Part shown: one piece after another, positions 59,183 through 64,000 of the stretch
Numbering within the stretch: position 1 is the first letter of the stretch
Layout of the letters: every line of letters begins with the position of its first letter
Notes under the pieces: generated by a model
Told to the model about the DNA's origin: nothing
What the model saw: the letters and a program-made list of their open reading frames with translations, nothing else
The model's database searches: none
Position numbers and translations under genes: made by a program
NCBI GenBank assembly: GCA_051362555.1
Contig: CM120640.1
Coordinates: forward strand, 56,336,788-56,400,787
DNA length: 64,000 nt
Source: Lingula anatina
Lineage: Eukaryota > Animalia > Brachiopoda
Direction: 5' to 3'

Positions 59183-62100
59183 ACCTTTGTGTGTGATTTT
59201 AGGTGAGTCTGCAAATCAAATAAGTATCACTATTATCAAAACTGATTATGCTATTAATAAAAATCTTTTTTTAAAGACAATATATGTTGCAACTTCTTTT
59301 TAAAACAAAATAAATGTTGTAATTTCCAAATACAATCAAATGTAGGAATGTAACTCGATCCAGAAAAAACAAGGTTTGCAGGATAAAGTATGACCACATG
59401 CACTAAATTATCTCAAATAATAATTAAATAATACTATTTTTTCATATTTTTATTCAGTGTGTGTGTGTAATTTAAAATGAGCATGCAAATCAAATAACTA
59501 TCATCTTAATCAAAAATGATTATGATGTAAATCAGAATCTAATGTTAAAACAATATAATGCTGTAACTTTCAAATGAAATTAAATGTAGGAATATAACTC
59601 TGGAGAAATGATAACATGATAATAATTTTAATGTCATCAGATGCTTTTTAGTTGACATTAAATGTCACTTTGAAGAATGGAAATGTTGTTGACATTATAT
59701 TGTTACAGACACACTGTATTTAATAACTTTTCCTTAATAAAGATTAAAGGTATCCTGCATGCATTTAAAGATGTCCAAAAGTCACACTTTATCTTTTCTT
59801 TTAATCCACCCCTCAAGACCCTTGATACCTCCAAAAATAATTTTTCATAAAAAATGTTTATATCTTAAAATATCCTGTTTACCTATATGAATACCCCTTT
59901 TGCTAAAAACAAAAGTGTGGCTCTGACTGATAAGTTTTAGGTAGGTTTATATTTTCAAAAATGAGATCACTCAGACTCTAAGAATTGCATATTGGCTATA
60001 ATTTAGAACAGGTTGACATTAATTGAAGAAGTATGCAAAATATGATTAAAATGTTTTAAGTATTTTAGTATTTCATGATCAAATTAGGAAATCAAGTAAA
60101 AATATAAAACTACCTCAAACTCAAAATTGACAAATATGTTAACACTTAAAACTTTTATCATACATATTGCATTCATGGTAACTAGCATGACATGCCTAAT
60201 TATATTTAACATTGAAATGGTTTAAGGCCAATAAGCAGGTTTGAAAAAGTCTTCAATAATCTTCATAGTTTAAACAGCAATTAAAGACACTACAGAAACA
60301 TGCGGCCACTGGCCTCAGGAATGCAGTAATTTTGTTTACGCAAACAGCATTTACTATTTACCAGATGGATGTTTACAGCTACCTCAGCCAAAATTTTTTA
60401 AACTTTTTTTTTACTTCAGTCTAGGATAATTAACTCTTGCCAGTGAACAGTATGTCACAAATTAACCAAGTGGTGTTAATGCACATGTATCGACAATCTC
60501 CAACTATTGTGATATATGTTCTGAATCTCATTGTACATCACAAATCAACCCCATTCAACCACATGAAAAGTCACTTACCAACCACAGGCCAGAATGCACA
60601 GAAAACTTTCTTGCTAAACCACAAAATTGTTTCTGAACCAGCATCTGTTGATCTTTGCCCTTTGCAGAAAGATATCTCTGAAAACACTTAACAGTCGACT
60701 TAACAGTTCTCCCCTTTGTGCTTTCTGTTTGGAAAACGTGTCTATCCTGTCTATTGATCTAATCACAATGTCCAGTAAAAGCATATGTTGCCATTATATT
60801 ATGGAACTGGTCAGAAGAACCGTCCCTGTGTATCAGCTGCTGCAGCAACAGCCTACTTGTTGGTTTCCAACTCCTTACTCATCTAGACTTCCAAATTCAC
60901 TCTAAAGCCTCTGCTCAACCTGGGTATCTTGTTTCAGTTTTTTTTTCCCTTTTTTTTCAATTATTTAAAAGAGCTCAGTTTTAGGTATGCAGCAAGATGC
61001 TTGAAGTCTACAAGTTCTTATGGGTTCTTAATATTGCTTTTCCTCATTATGCTTCATTTACATTCTTTTACTAAGTTATATGAACTATGTACATCTGGGT
61101 CAAGTTATTATGGACATGGAGTGTGGTAGTCATGTAATATTGCATGTCATGTCCACTAGTGCAAACAACAAACTGATCCCAACTTCTTCAGGCACAATCT
61201 GGGGAACCTGCTGGGACACTACAGCTTTTCTCTATGATAACTCATGAAACATGACATCAGATCTCAGTGAGCTCAATTGGAGGACGCCCAATTCTTTACA
61301 TTTATATCAAAACGATTTCTCTGCAGTATGAATTAGATTACAATTTGTTCCGTCTGTTGACTGCACATCAATTCCAGACAACCTTTCCACATTTTCTTCC
61401 TCAATAACCCAATCCTTGAAAGGCCAGTGCAGGCTTGTTTACCACAGTTCATTTATCCATATCTTCTCAGAAAATATTTTCCAAAAGGAGCCTTTTTCAA
61501 GAAAAGAATACCAAAAGGAACAAACATTCTAGGTGGCCTTGCATTATTACATTGACTGGAGTAGTCAATTCTGACTAAAGTTATTTTTCTAGTTAATGCC
61601 ATCAGTGAACAACCCTAATATGGACACTGAATAACATATGTGTACAAATTAGTTATTCTTCTTGGTAAGTTGTCAAAAAACTGTTTTGGCTTGCGCATAT
61701 CTTACCAAGGTGAAAATATTAATTTAGCCACTGTGAGAAGTAAAAAGGACTACATATAACACTCTGGCATGTAAGAAATACAAATAAGAACTCAGCAGAT
61801 TTTTTATACTTACAGGCCCCCACTTTTTTTTAGTTTTACAATAGGAAAAAAACTATAAATCAATGAGCAGCTAAGAATATGAGGTGTGTTGCGAGACATT
61901 GAAATATTAGACTGGTAATAACTATAATTTTAACTGTTGGAATTTCTCGTTATAATTTCAGTGCAGAACACAGCTGATAAAATTCTTTGCTAAATCTATA
62001 AGAGTTGTCAAAAAATTTTGACTCACTTTTTTGAGCAGAGTAATTCATTCATGGAACATGCCTTAGGCCATTATAACACTCATGTCACACCCCACACCCC

Positions 62101-63609
62101 TACACAAAAAAAGGGAAAAAGAAAGAAAAAAGGAAAGAAAAATGTAACAGTTTAAATAATTTAAAATTCAGTATTCTTTTGTTTAAACAAACTGAGGATT
62201 TATACAAAACTTCACTATTTTTTCATGCACTACTCTCTTGAACAGTCACACTCGCTGCTGATTTAATAAAAATGGCTGTAAAACACTTGTAATAATCAGA
62301 GCCCTGACAATGAAGGATTTTTAGTGCAATCAACCCCCCAACCTCATCTAATCTAGGGTAAATTTTATATACTTGCAACATATACCTACTTGTGCTACTA
62401 ATTAGTCCCACATCATGCAGTCCACCATTCCAATTTCTAAAGCCATTGGTGCATGCTATACATGTCAACCTGATTTTACCACAACTCCTGCTCCTTTTTT
62501 ATTTGTTTTCCCACTGCAAAGGACTTGCAATGTTGATTCCTTGCTCTGCTGGGATTGTAAAAGATTTCCTCCTGTATTTGAATTCTTTTCATGTTGTGTT
62601 AGATGTTCTGAATAGCTCTGCAACTCCATTCAACCACTTCAGGCTGTGGGGATAATTTTTTAGCCCATTGCCTCATCTCAAGCTTGTTTATCAAAAATAT
62701 GTGTTATGTGCTGGAATTTTCGCTACCATTCAAAGACATTTCAAGTTTGGAAAGTGTGAGAATGTTTTTTATGATGTCATTTTTACAATCCAAGCTGTTT
62801 GCTATCCGTATACTGATAATCTTATCGAATATCTTATCCAATCAAATATTATATCACCCAGTTTTTAATAAGAATAGTAATTTAATAATTATTCAAATAT
62901 TAAGGGGTCTCTTTCAAAAAAACCTTCTTAGTCTTTATAAATTCATCTAAAGCTGCCTCTGTTAGTCTCTTGCATTACTAGTCAGGTAACACTAAATGAA
63001 AAATTTGATCCAAACTAAGTAACATTCTAAGTGCCAAACATAGTGTCTTTGATTGTTAAATTTTATGTAAAAGATAAATGACTCAATATAGCAAAAAGTA
63101 AACATTACACATACAGTCCAATAAAATTTATTGTTTAATAAATTAAACTTTAAAATATGACTGCCAATTGACGAGGGCAGTGTATCAAATGCTATACCTA
63201 CTCTCATTTGGCCGATGAAAGACTCATCACACAATGCACTAAGAGATACAGAATATGCATCTTTCACATAAAATATTCTAAAATCTGCTACATGTACACA
63301 TATCAGCACACAGCAGATGTGATCAAAACTCTGTAATGGTATGTTCATGACACAAAAGTTACACGATATTACATGCCTGCTCTGAAATGATCCACAATGC
63401 ACAGATGGAGTCAACAGCTGTCAATTCAAGCACTGTACAACTCTACGCCTTCAGTTTTAACTATTACCCTAAGAGACATTCTAACATAGTTTTTAATCTG
63501 TCAATAGGACATTGGTAAAAATTAACAATTTATTTGCATACAATGCAATTCATGTATTTTATTACAAGTAAACACTTAACATACTTGAGTGAACTCTGGT
63601 GTAGGTTAA

Positions 63610-63614
<5 letters not shown>

Positions 63615-63673
<59 letters not shown>
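63615..63673. repeat. (TA)n microsatellite
   Basis: About 29 TA copies. Confidence 0.95.
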
Positions 63674-63677
<4 letters not shown>

Positions 63678-64000
63678 CACAATTGAATACAGGTTTTCCC
63701 TTATGAGTAAACAATAATATTTTCTATTCGATAACTTACAAAATCAGTCAAAAATTACACAGCCCAAACTTCAGATTGTAATCACAATTTTAGAGAAAAT
63801 TATTTCAGGAAAAATAAAAATAACACAATAATGTTAAAATTTCTTTACATACTAGTTTCTTTGATGACTTTTTTTGAGTCAGTCCTCAGTACCTTAGGTT
63901 CACCATGTACACTGTGCAATATCAAATATGCCACATGCATTTTTCCTGTATACTGAGACTCGTGGTAAAATATCCCTTTCTGTTTTTCTTTACCAAATCC

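Noticed and set aside
60400-63420. Several 60-140 aa ORFs in slightly GC-richer sequence
   Set aside because: No coherent splice pattern or recognisable domain. Possibly ancient transposon debris, but unassignable.

Overview
AT-rich, intron- and repeat-rich eukaryotic DNA from an invertebrate animal, probably a lophotrochozoan (taxon inferred, not proven). Four spliced genes could be reconstructed by hand. (1) A ZNF451-like C2H2 zinc-finger/PIN-like-domain gene on the minus strand whose 3' end runs off the left edge. (2) Proteasome subunit beta-2 (PSMB2, +, 6 exons, 201 aa), head-to-head with it. (3) An EB1/MAPRE microtubule end-binding gene (+, 258 aa). (4) A convergent 17-exon gp130/domeless-like type I cytokine receptor (-, about 958 aa). 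The rest is mostly non-autonomous mobile DNA: Helentron/HINE-like elements (one carrying a 23-unit 146-bp satellite), a 5.8-kb Academ-like foldback element, several nested MITEs, a Tc1 remnant and a decayed LINE. The strongest candidate for an undescribed system is a pair of tandem 107-bp mutually exclusive exons in the EB1 microtubule-binding CH domain, flanked by competing complementary intronic elements. Also notable are transposon-borne arrays of perfect AGGTCA DR1 nuclear-receptor motifs at nucleosome-length spacing. All calls come from reading the sequence; no database searches were run.
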